Assembly: GCA_035193785.1 (NCBI GenBank)
Contig: CP136572.1
Location: forward strand, 2,772,578 to 2,836,577
DNA from: Planktothrix sp. GU0601_MAG3
GTDB lineage: Bacteria; Cyanobacteriota; Cyanobacteriia; Cyanobacteriales; Microcoleaceae
Length of the DNA: 64,000 nt
Direction of reading: 5' to 3'
Part shown: positions 1 through 15,965 of the stretch, one piece after another
Position numbering within the stretch: position 1 is the stretch's first letter
Layout of the letters: every line of letters begins with the position of its first letter
Translations under genes and position numbers: made by a program
The notes under the pieces: generated by a model
What the model was told of the DNA's origin: nothing
The model's input: only the letters and a program-made list of their open reading frames with translations
Database searches by the model: none

Positions 1-1156
1 GATCCCAAAAGCCGTGTAGCAGCAGAAGTGGTTGTCAACACGGGTTTAGTGTTGATTACGGGTGAAATTACCACCAACGCGCAAATTAACTATATTGATT
101 TAGCCCGGAAAAAAATTGCGGAAATCGGTTATGTTGATGCGGATAATGGCTTTTCTGCCAGTAGCTGCTCCGTTCTGATTGCCCTAGATAAACAGTCTCC
201 CGATATTGCCCAAGGGGTAAACCAAGCCCACGAAGCTAGAGAATTGTTAAGCGACCTAGAACTTGATGCCATTGGTGCGGGGGATCAGGGGATTATGTTC
301 GGTTTTGCTTGCAATGAAACCCCAGAAACTGATGCCCATGCCGATCAGTTTGGCCCATCGGATTTCTCGGCAATTGGCAGCGGTGCGGAAAAATGGCAAA
401 CTTCCCTATTTACGTCCCGATGGTAAAACCCAAGTTACCGTTATCTATGAAGATGATCGTCCCGTTGGTATTGATACCATTTTAATCTCCACCCAACATA
501 CCGAGACGATTGGGGAAATTTCCGAGACGACGGCGGTACAAGAAAAAATCAAAGCCGATCTGTGGTTAGCCGTTGTCCAACCTATATTTGAGGATCTTGC
601 CGTCAAACCCGATGACCAAACTCGCTTTTTAGTGAATCCAACGGGTAAATTTGTGATTGGTGGCCCTCAAGGGGACTCTGGGTTAACGGGTCGTAAAATT
701 ATTGTCGATACCTATGGTGGCTATTCCCGTCATGGTGGTGGTGCGTTTTCCGGGAAAGATCCCACGAAAGTAGACCGGAGCGCTGCCTATGCTTGCCGTT
801 ATGTGGCGAAAAATATTGTGGCCGCGGGGTTAGCGGATAAGTGTGAAGTTCAGTTGAGCTATGCAATTGGGGTGGCCAGACCCGTGAGCATTTTGATTGA
901 AACCTTTGGAACTTCTAAGGTGGATGAAGATAAACTGCTCGAAGCTGTACAAGCAAATTTTGAACTGCGTCCGGCGGGAATGATTCAGGCGTTTAATTTA
1001 CAAAAATTACCCGGTCTGCGGGAAGGTCGTTTCTTTCAAGATTTGGCTGCTTATGGTCATTTAGGTCGAATAGACTTAGATTTACCTTGGGAAAAAACCG
1101 ATAAGGTGGAATTACTCAAAGCAGCCTTACTGCAACCAGTTGCAGCCATTGGATAG
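1..1156 (+). CDS. metK: S-adenosylmethionine synthase (5'-partial; apparent +1 frameshift at 325-329)
   Basis: [27 protein letters not shown] and [16 protein letters not shown] motifs; removing one A from GAAAC restores NETPELMPMP. Confidence 0.97.
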
Positions 1157-1638
1157 CAGTTACCATTTTTTGTGGATGAGGTTAATGATGGTGACAGCTA
1201 GGGGTCAGTTTGCCGAAAAAATGGCGACCGTCGGGTTCGGGGAAACCGCTACTGATTTTTAAACCCATTAAAGTATTTAATATTGCTGTCTTGTTACCCT
1301 TCAGTACAATCTGGAGGGTTTTTCACATTTTTATGGGATTTATAGCGGTCGCCATCAGACTTAGGACATGGATTGGTGCTTTCTCGCCGAATGACAGCCT
1401 CTCAATTGTCCCAACTACCTTGACGGTTGCTATATTTAATGACTGGGAACAGTAGTAACAATAACAAACCCATGTCACAATTGTAGTTAGGGGGTGAAAC
1501 CCTAAACTGAAAATGGGTTCTGTCAAACCCAGATAACGTTATCTGACTTGAAAATCTAAGGATTAAGGTTTAACAAGATGAACCAAGAAAATGTTCTTTA
1601 GTCAAACGTAACATGGGAGGGAACGGGAGTATAGGCTA

Positions 1639-3435
1639 ATGCCATCTGAAGACTTAAAATCTAACGCAACGAACCAAGATACTAAAATTTTTGCAGCCAA
1701 TTCTTTCAAGGGTTATATCGGACAACAGAATCCTTTTCGATGGAATAAGCATTCAGAGTATCGTTGGTTTATTTATCAAAAAATTGGGTATGGCTATTTT
1801 TTAGCCATTGCTATTGGTTTTATCGGTTCAATTACGGGACTACTACTGGCGGATATTTACCAAAAACAAGCCTATCACCAATTATCTGATGCTCACCGAC
1901 AAGCACAACTGTTTAATCACTTTAATACAGCAGTTCTCAATATACAATTGCAAAGTTATCACTTAATATCTTCCGCAGATCAGCCTAAAGTTTGGAATCA
2001 GGAGCAAAAAAATATCCGTCAGAGCTTAACTGAAATTGAACAGATTGTAGCTCAAATTGAAGATTTTATTGATCAAAATCCCAGTTGGTTAGTGGCGGAA
2101 TCAACCGTCGTAAAATCATTTTTTACAACCTATAAAGATAGTTTAAAAACCTATGTTAAAACCGTAAATACCCTAAAACAAATTTCACCTAATTTATCAT
2201 CATCAAGTTCAAAAAATCAAGGGGTTTATGAAGCATTAAAATTATTATCTGATCAGCAATCTATTCAAACTTTGGAAAAGCTAAATAATCGGTTAAAAGA
2301 TTGGTTAAAAGAATCTCAAAAACAAGAAAAAATGGGTGAAATTTCGATGAAAAATGCTCGAAATTTACAAAATATAATTATTGTAATTAGTGCATTTTTA
2401 TCAGTTTTGATTTCTGTCATCACAGCCATAAAAACAACCAATTCCATCACTCAGCCTTTGAGTTTGACACAGCAAGTGGCGGAAGAAGTTGCACAGGAGT
2501 CTAACTATAATCTTCGAGTTCCTTCCCAAACTAATATTCATGAAATCTATTCCTTAGCTAACTCAGTTAACTACTTAATTGAACAAGTTGATCAACGCAC
2601 TCAGCAGTTAGAACAATCCAAGAATTCAGCCGAATCTGCTAACCTAGCAAAAAGCCAATTCTTAGCCAATATGAGTCATGAGTTAAGAACACCTTTAAAC
2701 GCTATTTTAGGATATAGTGAAATGCTGGCTGAAGACGCAAAAGATTTAGGTCAGGATGAATTTGTGACTGATTTAGAGATGATCAATACGGCTGGAAAAC
2801 ATTTGTTATCTTTAATTAATGATATTTTGGATTTATCAAAAATTGAAGCCGGACGTATGGAACTATATTTAGAAACCTTTGATCTAAAAGATTTAATTGA
2901 AAGTGTTGTTTCTACAGTTAAACCCTTAGTTAATCAGAATGATAATGTTTTAATCCTGAATTACGATCCCGGTTTAAATATTATTTACTCTGACTCAACA
3001 AAGGTGAGACAAGTTTTATTTAATTTACTTAGTAATGCAGCAAAATTCACCCAGCAAGGTCAAATTACATTAACTATAACCCGTGAGGTAATTGATTCTC
3101 CTTTAGATTCTTCAAATCCCGGAGATTTAACCTCCAATCCTTTACAACATTATCAGATTAATTTTTGTATTCAAGATACGGGGATTGGGATTCCTGAAGA
3201 ACAACAAAAATATGTTTTTGAGGCTTTTATTCAAGCGGATAATTCAACAGCCCGCAGATACGGAGGGACGGGATTAGGTTTAGCCATTAGTCGTCATTTT
3301 TGCAAAATGATGGGAGGGGATTTAAAATTACTGAAAAGTCAGGTTGGATATGGGTCAACCTTTAATGCTTCTTTGCGATCTTCACTGACCGTTGACCTAG
3401 GATCATCACCGGAAATATCCTCTGAGAAAATATAG
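1639..3435 (+). CDS. Membrane sensor histidine kinase (2 TM, HAMP, HisKA, HATPase)
   Basis: FLANMSHELRTPLN H-box, NLLSNAAKFT N-box, DTGIGI and GGTGLGL G-boxes. Confidence 0.93.
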   Translation: MPSEDLKSNATNQDTKIFAANSFKGYIGQQNPFRWNKHSEYRWFIYQKIGYGYFLAIAIGFIGSITGLLLADIYQKQAYHQLSDAHRQAQLFNHFNTAVLNIQLQSYHLISSADQPKVWNQEQKNIRQSLTEIEQIVAQIEDFIDQNPSWLVAESTVVKSFFTTYKDSLKTYVKTVNTLKQISPNLSSSSSKNQGVYEALKLLSDQQSIQTLEKLNNRLKDWLKESQKQEKMGEISMKNARNLQNIIIVISAFLSVLISVITAIKTTNSITQPLSLTQQVAEEVAQESNYNLRVPSQTNIHEIYSLANSVNYLIEQVDQRTQQLEQSKNSAESANLAKSQFLANMSHELRTPLNAILGYSEMLAEDAKDLGQDEFVTDLEMINTAGKHLLSLINDILDLSKIEAGRMELYLETFDLKDLIESVVSTVKPLVNQNDNVLILNYDPGLNIIYSDSTKVRQVLFNLLSNAAKFTQQGQITLTITREVIDSPLDSSNPGDLTSNPLQHYQINFCIQDTGIGIPEEQQKYVFEAFIQADNSTARRYGGTGLGLAISRHFCKMMGGDLKLLKSQVGYGSTFNASLRSSLTVDLGSSPEISSEKI

Positions 3436-3562
3436 AAAAATCAAGACACCTGATTTTATCAATCCGCATCCGTCATGTTAATATTAGTCTAATTTATATT
3501 GGTTCCCATTTTTGAGGAAGCAGTTTAAAACTTTAAGTTGAGTTTCTGCTATCAATTTTTGC

Positions 3563-4508
3563 ATGAGGTTTGAGATGACACATCGCCCGATTATTTTAGG
3601 AATTGTTGGAGACAGTGCCGCCGGAAAAACAACCTTGACACGAGGAATTGCTCAAGTCTTGGGTGAAGAAAATGTAACGGTAATTTGTACTGACGACTAT
3701 CATCGTTATGATCGTAAACAACGTGCCGAAATGGATATAACTGCCTTAAATCCAGATTGTAATTATCTGGATATTATGCAGCAACATCTAACTTTATTAA
3801 GAACGGGACAACCGATTCTAAAACCGATTTATAATCATCATCATGGAACTTTTGATGCTCCTGAATATATTCAACCAAATCGGTTTGTAATCGTGGAAGG
3901 TTTACTAGGTTATTCTACTCGTGGAATTCGGGATAATTATGATGTGAAAGTGTATTTAGCTCCGCCTGAATCCCTACGATCTGAATGGAAAATTAAACGA
4001 GATACCATGAAACGGGGCTATAAGGAAGAAGATGTAATTCTGGCTTTAAAACAACGGGAAACCGGATTCAGAAGCATTTATTCGTCCTCAAAGAAAATCA
4101 GCCGATGTCGTTGTTACCTTTTATCCCCCAGATGGTGATGAAAATGGAATTAATTTAAACGTGCGTTTAGTTTTGCGTCCGACCATTCCCCACCCAAATT
4201 TTAGTGAAATTTTAGATCAACAAAATGGTCATCATATTGAGGCGGTGCGTCTGGGACTAGATCGAGATATGGGTAAACCAGTAGATGTCCTAGAAATTGA
4301 TAGTCACGCTACCTTAGAGCAAGTTAACACATTGGAAATGATGCTTTGTAATGAATTACCAAGTTTGAAAAATTTTTGTAGTTCTGGAGGTAATCAAAAT
4401 TTGGGAATTTTAACGGGTACAACTGGAGAAATTATACAGAGTTACCCCCTAGCTTTAACCCAATTATTAATTGCCTATCACATGATTAAAGCAACTAAAT
4501 TAGTTTAG
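3563..4508 (+). CDS. Phosphoribulokinase/uridine kinase family protein (PRK paralogue; frameshift at 4058-4062)
   Basis: P-loop GDSAAGKTT, ICTDDYHRYDR, PIYNH; repaired junction reads KQREPDSEAFIRPQ. Confidence 0.85.
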
Positions 4509-4654
4509 TTAAACTGTGATTTTGATGCAAGTCAAATTTCCTTAATAGGGGAAATTATTATTGATTTTATCAAAATATATTGAGTTTGAAATTAGGGGAA
4601 ATAACCCAAAAATCCTTAATCACAATAGGATTATTTCCCTGGGTTTTATCGGTT

Positions 4655-5149
4655 TTATCTACACCCCAAAGAGAAACGAGTTGCCACCCCAGTCGTTGAG
4701 TTGACTCCACTGGCAACTTCACACAATTGTCGAATTTGTTCCCGATCTAGTATGGCATCGCTAAAATCAGCACCCATAATTTTTGTATGACGAAAGGTTG
4801 ATCCTAAAAATAATGCTTCAACTAATACAGCATCACTTAAATCAGCTTCGGTAAAATCGGCTTGATCTAACATTGCATAAGTCAAATTTGCTTGTTTTAA
4901 GCTGGCTTTCGTTAGAATCCCTTTACTAAAAATAGCTCCTTCTAAATCTGAATGATCAAATTTAGCTAACTCCATATTGGAATTAGCGAATTCCGCCGCA
5001 GGTAAGGACTGATTAGAAAAATCTCGTCCCTGTAGCAAACTATGACTAAAAAACAGATGGGCTGGATTGTTTGTCGCCCAGGAGGGAATAGGAAAAGCCA
5101 ATAGCACTGTAGCCACTATTAAAACGATGAATTTCCCAAGTCTGATCAT
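4655..5149 (-). CDS. Pentapeptide repeat protein with signal peptide (start uncertain)
   Basis: A(D/N)LxxA-type repeats, hydrophobic N-terminus, C-terminal LC...GVN...T..SLGC. Confidence 0.88.
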   Translation of the reverse strand: MIRLGKFIVLIVATVLLAFPIPSWATNNPAHLFFSHSLLQGRDFSNQSLPAAEFANSNMELAKFDHSDLEGAIFSKGILTKASLKQANLTYAMLDQADFTEADLSDAVLVEALFLGSTFRHTKIMGADFSDAILDREQIRQLCEVASGVNSTTGVATRFSLGCR

Positions 5150-5317
5150 CTGTTTACTGCTCCACTTCACAATCAAATCCTTTATAGTTATATTAGCCTC
5201 TCCAATACCCAATTTTGACATAATCATGTAAAATAAATTGTTTATAAGGATATTGTTTTAGCATAACAAGTTCCTAAAAACAACCTAGAGCTTAATTTTT
5301 ATTTTCAGGAAAAATCC

Positions 5318-5677
5318 ATGCTCAATTTTTTTATCACTTGGGTAATCTCGGCAATTTCACTCGGAATAACAGCCTATATTGTTCCTGGTTTTAACATTAG
5401 CAGTTGGCAAGCTGCCGCCGTTGCAGTGGTTGTGATGGCTTTAGTAAATGCCATTGTTAAGCCCATTATTACCATTTTTACTCTGCCTTTAACGATTCTA
5501 ACGTTAGGTTTATTTTTATTAGTCGTCAATGCCATTTCTATTTCTTTAGTGGCTTATTTTACCCCCGGATTTTCAATTTCTAGCTTCTGGGCGGCATTAT
5601 TTGGTTCAATTGTACTTTCTTTGGTTTCCAGTTTCTTTAATCAGATTTTAGACAAATCTAACGATTTATTAGATTAA
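5318..5677 (+). CDS. YvlD-like 4-TM membrane protein (phage holin superfamily IV annotation)
   Basis: VNAIVKPI..TLPLTILTLGLFLLVVNA signature. Confidence 0.85.
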   Translation: MLNFFITWVISAISLGITAYIVPGFNISSWQAAAVAVVVMALVNAIVKPIITIFTLPLTILTLGLFLLVVNAISISLVAYFTPGFSISSFWAALFGSIVLSLVSSFFNQILDKSNDLLD

Positions 5678-5683
5678 ACCAGA

Positions 5684-6791
5684 TTATAAAAAAACAACTT
5701 TGCTGGAAGGGGAGATGCTGTCGCCATAAATTTCAACTTCATCTAAATGTAAAGCCGTTTTTTCTTGAAGTTGCAATCGAATATAACGGGCAATATTAGA
5801 ATCTAAAGACACAATTAGTGGCTGTCCGTCTACTCCTCCGAAAATATAATTCTCATCATTTTTATAAATCAGTTTCCAATTTTTCTGATCTTGAGAAAGA
5901 TAGATATGGAGAGTTTTTGCCCGTTTCTTGACACCAATCAATACGGTTATACACTCGAATTTCCGTTAGGGCATAATTTTCTTGTAAATCCACTTGCCAC
6001 CAAGGGTTTTCTTCCTCATCTGTATGAAATCCATATTCCCCATCTTTAAACCCATTCACTGCTCCTTGAGAATCATTAGGTTTTGACCAACTTGAAAAAG
6101 AACTTTGTTTAGCTGGTTGATTTAAAGCCAAATTTAACCCAGGAGGTTCGGGAGGTTCAGGATTCTTTTTCGCATAAAAAGCTTCTCCCCAATTTTTATA
6201 ATTAATATAAAGATTTTTGACTCTAAATCCATACAATTTCAAAAAACTGGTAACTTCTTCAAAAGTACATCCTCCTTCATAGATAGGATCTTCACTAATT
6301 TCTGCAAAAACATAGCGGATTTTATATTTGAGTAGATAATGACTCCCCATTAAAACTTTCAATTCTGATCCTTGAGTATCTAATACTAATAAATCAAACT
6401 GCTCCTGGGAAAACTTTTCTTGAATAATGCTATCTAGTGTTCTAGTTTTTAGTTTTACACTATCCACATATTTAATATGAGGATAAAGTTTAGCATGATT
6501 TCCCAAGGGAAACATACTGGAAGATTGTCCCTCATTCGATGCAATATAAAATTCAACTTCCTCGCCATTCACATCAGCACATAAAGCTTCTACCGCGTAA
6601 TGATTAGGAATTTCACCAATATTATCTTTTAATTGTTTAAAAATATGAGGAATGGGTTCAATATAAACGCAAGATTGAGCAGAAGAATTTTGATAAGCCT
6701 CAATTTCTTGACCTGAATTAGCCCCAACATGAATAATCCCTAAAGGCTTAGGAACTCGTAAATAATTAACAATATTTAAGGCTTCTGACAT
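5684..6791 (-). CDS. FkbM-family methyltransferase fused to a discoidin/F5-8 type C-like domain (frameshift at 5923-5927)
   Basis: IHVGANSGQE and LDTQGSEL motifs; NLALNQPAKQSS, FHT..EENPWWQVDL, LHLDEVEIY. Confidence 0.85.
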
Positions 6792-6860
6792 TTACGGTGA
6801 TAGTTCTTATACAAAATCTATAGCAATCCTATTTGAGTTGTGTTCAAAATGCCTGATCAA

Positions 6861-6898
6861 AAGGGAACAGGGAAAAGGGAACGGGGAACAGGGAACGG
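6861..6898 (+). repeat. Degenerate AGGGAAC heptamer repeats (STRR-type)
   Basis: agggaac/ggggaac units seen directly; similar array at 35200-35243. Confidence 0.7.
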
Positions 6899-7069
6899 GG
6901 GTAATACTTCTGGCTGTTTCATGTCAGTATTGAAATGTTACAACCTATTTAGGATTGCTATATCTTATCCTCTGTTAGCAATCTCACCTATGATTTAGGC
7001 TGTGGAAACCAGATTAAATTCGCGCAGAATTCCTTTCCCACCCAGCCTGAACAAATTATATATTTTAAG

Positions 7070-7143
7070 GGCGAACGATGGGACTTGAACCCACGAATGG
7101 AGGAATCACAATCCTCTGCCTTAACCACTTGGCTACGCTCGCC
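7070..7143 (-). tRNA. trnH: tRNA-His (GTG), encoded G-1, CCA not encoded
   Basis: Reverse complement G-GCGAGCG TAGCCAAGTGGTTAAGGC AGAGGATT-GTG-ATTCCTC ... GGTTCAAGTCC ... CGTTCGC-C folds as a cloverleaf. Confidence 0.96.
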
Positions 7144-7238
7144 GTACATTTTTTAATTTAGCACAGGATCAGAAAAATGACTAGGGGGTTGAGCAAAAAA
7201 AATAAAATTTGCTGATCCTAAGCTAACCAAAAGCCAAG

Positions 7239-7832
7239 TCAAGAGGCTTCCTGATCAGAAAAAACCTCCAACAGCGCATAACGAGCGATCGCCAAGCAAG
7301 TTCTAGCTTGTTCAATCTCGGATAACTCAGACCAACTCGTCCCTTCCAGGATAGTTGAATTCGATCTGACTCCATCCGTTTCTCCTCCTCGCATCGCATA
7401 AGCAAAAGGACGAGCTAAAACCTGCAAATCATCTTCTGGCCATTGGGGCAATAGTTCCTGAACACACCCAACCAATTGATCAGCTAGGGACAAACTTTGG
7501 GAAGAAACCTGTTCAGTCATACGGGTGACCACTTGTGCCAAACGATTTAATAACTCATCAGGTATTTTTTCTGCAAAGCGTTTTAATAAAGATGTTTGTA
7601 AATGGGTCGCTGACCACAATTGATTAATTTGGTTCATTAACCGTTGAGATCTTTCCGCTAGTTCCGCTTCAGTAAACACCGCCACAATAGAAGTCCCAGC
7701 CTCCCGCTCTATAAAAAAAGACTCAGCCTCTATTGTATAAGGATTCCAGGGATAGGGTAAATCATAGGGAAATAGGTCATTGAGCAAATCCCATTCCGTT
7801 TGAATTTCTGGGTCGTTAGCATCGTTAATCAT
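7239..7832 (-). CDS. Hypothetical protein
   Basis: 197-aa ORF with protein-like composition (YPWNP, LARPFAYAMR); function not recognised. Confidence 0.75.
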   Translation of the reverse strand: MINDANDPEIQTEWDLLNDLFPYDLPYPWNPYTIEAESFFIEREAGTSIVAVFTEAELAERSQRLMNQINQLWSATHLQTSLLKRFAEKIPDELLNRLAQVVTRMTEQVSSQSLSLADQLVGCVQELLPQWPEDDLQVLARPFAYAMRGGETDGVRSNSTILEGTSWSELSEIEQARTCLAIARYALLEVFSDQEAS

Positions 7833-8180
7833 AACCGTGGCCTTGATTGATCAAAATATCCGTTAGTTTAGCCTCAATTTCGCCACTGAGAAATAGAACA
7901 CCTTCTGCTAAACCTATATATAAGTCCAATATATAAGTCCAACACCGAGCACCTATTCATCCAAGCCTTCGTCTCAAACGGCTTCTGCCTCAGTAATTAA
8001 CGCAAAATCGATATCTGCTTCCCCCAGCTACAGTGATCTCGGTAAAAATTCCGTAAGCCATCAAAAACCCGCAAAAAACCCATTCAGGGATTTACCTTCG
8101 ACTAGCCACCCGGGAAAAGACGCTCAAACACCCAAACAGCAAGGATTGGGCGGGCATAAAAAAAATTTCCCAAAAGGGGG

Positions 8181-8209
8181 TTGACATCTTGAGAAAAGAC
8201 TGATAGATT
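8181..8209 (+). promoter_or_regulatory. Sigma70-type rRNA operon promoter
   Basis: TTGACA-17 nt-TAGATT about 200 bp upstream of 16S. Confidence 0.8.
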
Positions 8210-8239
8210 TATAAAAGTGTCGAAAAACAAAGACACGCC

Positions 8240-8252
8240 GAACCTAGACAAC
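8240..8252 (+). promoter_or_regulatory. Leader boxA antitermination element (second copy in ITS at 10091-10102)
   Basis: GAACCTAGACAAC and GAACCTTGAAAA match cyanobacterial boxA. Confidence 0.7.
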
Positions 8253-8402
8253 TAAAGAGTTTGAAAGCCAAGTTAAAACATAATTTGTCTCGTTATTAAA
8301 GAATTAATTCTTAATCAGGGAGTTTAACACAAACTTTCTGAAAGAGCAAGAAATTCTAAAACTTTGAGAAACAAGTTTTAGAGCCAAAAAAACAGATTCT
8401 TC

Positions 8403-9895
<1,493 letters not shown>

Positions 9896-10223
9896 TAGGG
9901 AGACCTACTTTTGAGTCGAGTGTTCAATCCAAAACATAACACCCTCAAAAGTCATCCCAAGGTCGTTACGAGCAAAATGAAAAATCGACAGAAGCTTTCA
10001 AACTCCTAAGTCTGGTTCAAAACCGAGGACAATTCAGCACCTAGCTTCCATGAAAAAGAAGCCAGAATGCTGGACAATCAAGTCCAGACAGAACCTTGAA
10101 AATTGCAGAGAAACAAAAACTGGCAGTAGTTCGTAGTTAGAACTCCCAGCCCGGAGGAAGGGAAACCGACCCCAAGGCGAGAGAAAACTAACCACAAACC
10201 AAAAAACAGAAAGAAAGTTAAGT
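9896..10223 (+). other. 16S-23S ITS without tRNA genes
   Basis: About 330 bp; no tRNA-Ile/Ala cloverleaf; has boxA and the 5' arm of the 23S processing stem. Confidence 0.85.
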
Positions 10224-13111
<2,888 letters not shown>

Positions 13112-13168
13112 ATTTACACTACTCCAGTTTCTCTGCAATCTTCAGTGTTTCTGATTTAATACTAAAAG

Positions 13169-13201
13169 AGCAGTTTATTTATTTAAAAGCTGCTTTTTTT
13201 T
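13169..13201 (+). terminator. Intrinsic terminator closing the rrn operon
   Basis: AGCAGTTT...AAAGCTGCT stem followed by a T-tract. Confidence 0.75.
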
Positions 13202-13297
13202 GGTATGTAGATTAATAATGAAAATGATAAAAAACCCCCTTAGCAGATGATCCACTCAGGGGAAATTAAGTTGATACTAATATATTACCTTTGCATT

Positions 13298-14054
13298 TTA
13301 ATTTTTAATTCGACCATCTTCTAAGGTCAAAATACTATCGGCTACATCCATAATTCGAGGGTCATGGGTCACCATTAATACCGTTGCATTTTCTTGTTTG
13401 GCTAAGGTTTTTAACAGATCAATAACAGCCCGACCACTGGCAGAATCCAAGGCAGCGGTGGGTTCATCGGCCATAATTAAGGGGGGTTCCCCGGCTAGAG
13501 CCCGCGCTACGGCTACCCGTTGTTTTTGCCCCCCGGATAAATCCTGGGGTAATAGATTGATTTTATCCTGTAAACCAACTTGTTCTAAGCGGTTTTTTGC
13601 TTCTTCTCTCGCATTTCTTCCCCTAATTCCTTTAAGATGGAGAGCTAATTCCACATTTTCCAAAGCAGTTAATGCGGGAAATAAATTAAATCCTTGGAAA
13701 ATAAACCCAATATTATGTAAACGAAACTCTGCCAACTGAGTCCGAGACAATTTGGTAATTTCTTCGCCCAACAAAAAGACCTGTCCCGCCGTCGGGGTCA
13801 AAAGTCCGGCGATAATTGAAAGTAATGTGGTTTTACCCGATCCACTGGGCCCCATCAACAGTTGAATATCACCCTGTTCGACTTCTAAATTAATATTTTG
13901 CAGGACTTGAAACCCTTTGTCGTCCAGATTGATAAGCCATTTCCACACCGCAAGCTTGAATTCCAATCGGTTTAACTTTGGCATTTGCTGAATAATATTC
14001 AGCCTGATTGGGGGGTATAGCGGACTTTGCCTCGTTCACTTGAGTGCGTATCAT
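13298..14054 (-). CDS. ABC transporter ATP-binding protein, DevA/LolD-like (frameshift at 13909-13913)
   Basis: GPSGSGKTT, LSGGQKQRVA, ADEPT, VTHD; repaired N-terminus ...VEMAYQSGRQRVQVL. Confidence 0.92.
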
Positions 14055-14274
14055 TGTTAGCAATTAATTATGATGTGGGCTGATAATGGGAATTGACAAA
14101 GCTAATAGACTAAATTACAAGTGCCTATTATCAGTTTACTGAAGAAATCCGGGATTGTCTTAGAAGCAAGACCGAACATTAACTATCCTGTACAGTTTAG
14201 TATTACCATTCTAAACTCAAACGTTCTCAATTGCCCGTGATCTAACTCAACGGAAAAATAAAAGCTCAACCCTA

Positions 14275-15529
14275 TCAAGCTTTAAACACAATCGCCGGGT
14301 CAACTTTGGTGACTTTCTGAATAGCAAAAAACGCCGACCCGGTACACATAACCACCGTTAACCCGAATGCCCCCAAAGCCGATAGAGGAGTAATTAAAAT
14401 CAAAATTCCCTGGGTCGCACCTGCCCAATACGCAACACCAAAACACAGAGCCATGCCTGGAATATAACCCAAAACCGCCATCCAGAGAGCCTGTTCTAAA
14501 ATAATTCCATAAATCACCCAGTCGGACGCTCCCATCGCCTTCAGAGTCCCAAATTCTTTTAAGTGGTCACTGACGGAGGAATAAAGAATTTGTCCGACCA
14601 CGACCATTCCAACTAATACTCCGACCACCGCCCCCAAACTGAGAACAAATCCAACTCCCGTGCGTTTTTGCCAAAAGGTTCGCATGACCATTGACATTTC
14701 TCCCCGGCTTAAAACTTGAATATCATTGGGTAAAGTTTCCCTGAGTTTTTGCTTGAGTTGGGTCAAGTTTTGATCCGGTTTAGCTTTAATTAAAACATAA
14801 GTAATTGGATCAGCTAAATTTAAGGCTCTTGGGAGCGGAGAATTAACGGGTTTTTGAGTAGAAGATTGATCCTCATAACTTTGAGTACATTGTAGATCAT
14901 CATTTTGAAGTTGGCATAGGGTTTGAGTTTTTACGGGGCTATTCAGATAAGCATTAGCATTTTTTAAAGAAGTAAAGATAAAACTATTACTGACAATTGA
15001 TTGGGTTCCCTGGGTAATTCCTCCTAATTTAGCTTCTAATCCTCCGAGTTTAGCAATATCACCAATATTTTTAATTTTCAGAGCATTTAATTTGCTCTCA
15101 TCAACCATAATTGTATAGGGATTTTTTAAAGCCTTAGCATCTCCTTGAATAATATTCCAAGGAGAAAATAATTCTCCATCGGGGTCGGAAACCTACTACT
15201 GTAACGGCATGAATTTTATTCTCTAAGGGATCACGCCAACGGGCATTTCTAAAAATAAAGGCTTCTGCTCGTTCAACGCCATCAACAGCCTGAGCTTGGG
15301 TCATCCGTTCTAAAGAAATTGGCATGGTTAACTCTAAGTGAATCATATCCTTAGAAGCGACCCAAAAATCTGCTTTTGAGTGATCAATTAGGATGGAAGA
15401 AGAACGAATAAACCCGGTTAAAATCCCATTTTGAATCGTCACCAAACTAACAGCAAACATAATCCCAGCTTGAGCGACCAAAAAACGGGGAATATCTTCA
15501 AATAGGTTTTTTCGAGCAAGGGAAGCCAT
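14275..15529 (-). CDS. ABC transporter permease, DevC/FtsX-like (frameshift at 15188-15192)
   Basis: MASLARKNLFEDIPRFLVAQAGIMFAV; EFGTLKAMGA; KVDPAIVFKA. Confidence 0.9.
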
Positions 15530-15965
15530 AGGTTAGAGGGCGGGGGCAGGGCTATTTCAAAGTCAGGTAAAAGGAGTAAATTGCCTAGTGACAAAATCGA
15601 AAATTATGCTGACAGGCAGTGGCTAGACTCCCGCTAATTTTCTGAAAAAATTGAATATTAATTAATCTAATGGAAAAACTAAAAAAAGTCAAGAATTATC
15701 GAACTGTCGGAGGTTTTCCTCTAAAACTATCTCAATTTTATCACGAATTTTAGGGATTTATTTCTGAAAACTAGGGAATCAATTTGAGCCATAATTCAGT
15801 TAAATGAAACGGCCCCGCCTTTAGCCTCTGCCCTCCCTCCCTTCCTTGATCCCCTTGCTGTTTGAGTCTCCCTAATGCTATAACACCCAAGAACCCCCTT
15901 GTGTCCCCCAGGCGTTGAATGGGGTTAGAATCCTAGTTTGCTTCAAGCTGTTTGAGTTAATTGTG

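Noticed and set aside
1210..1526. ORFs 1210-1455 (+) and 1323-1526 (-)
   Set aside because: TTG starts, no recognisable motifs, mutually overlapping
5318..5677. Holin as evidence of a prophage
   Set aside because: YvlD-like membrane proteins are common chromosomal genes and no phage genes are nearby
7917..7942. 13-bp tandem duplication TATATAAGTCCAA
   Set aside because: Only two copies and no supporting context; likely local slippage
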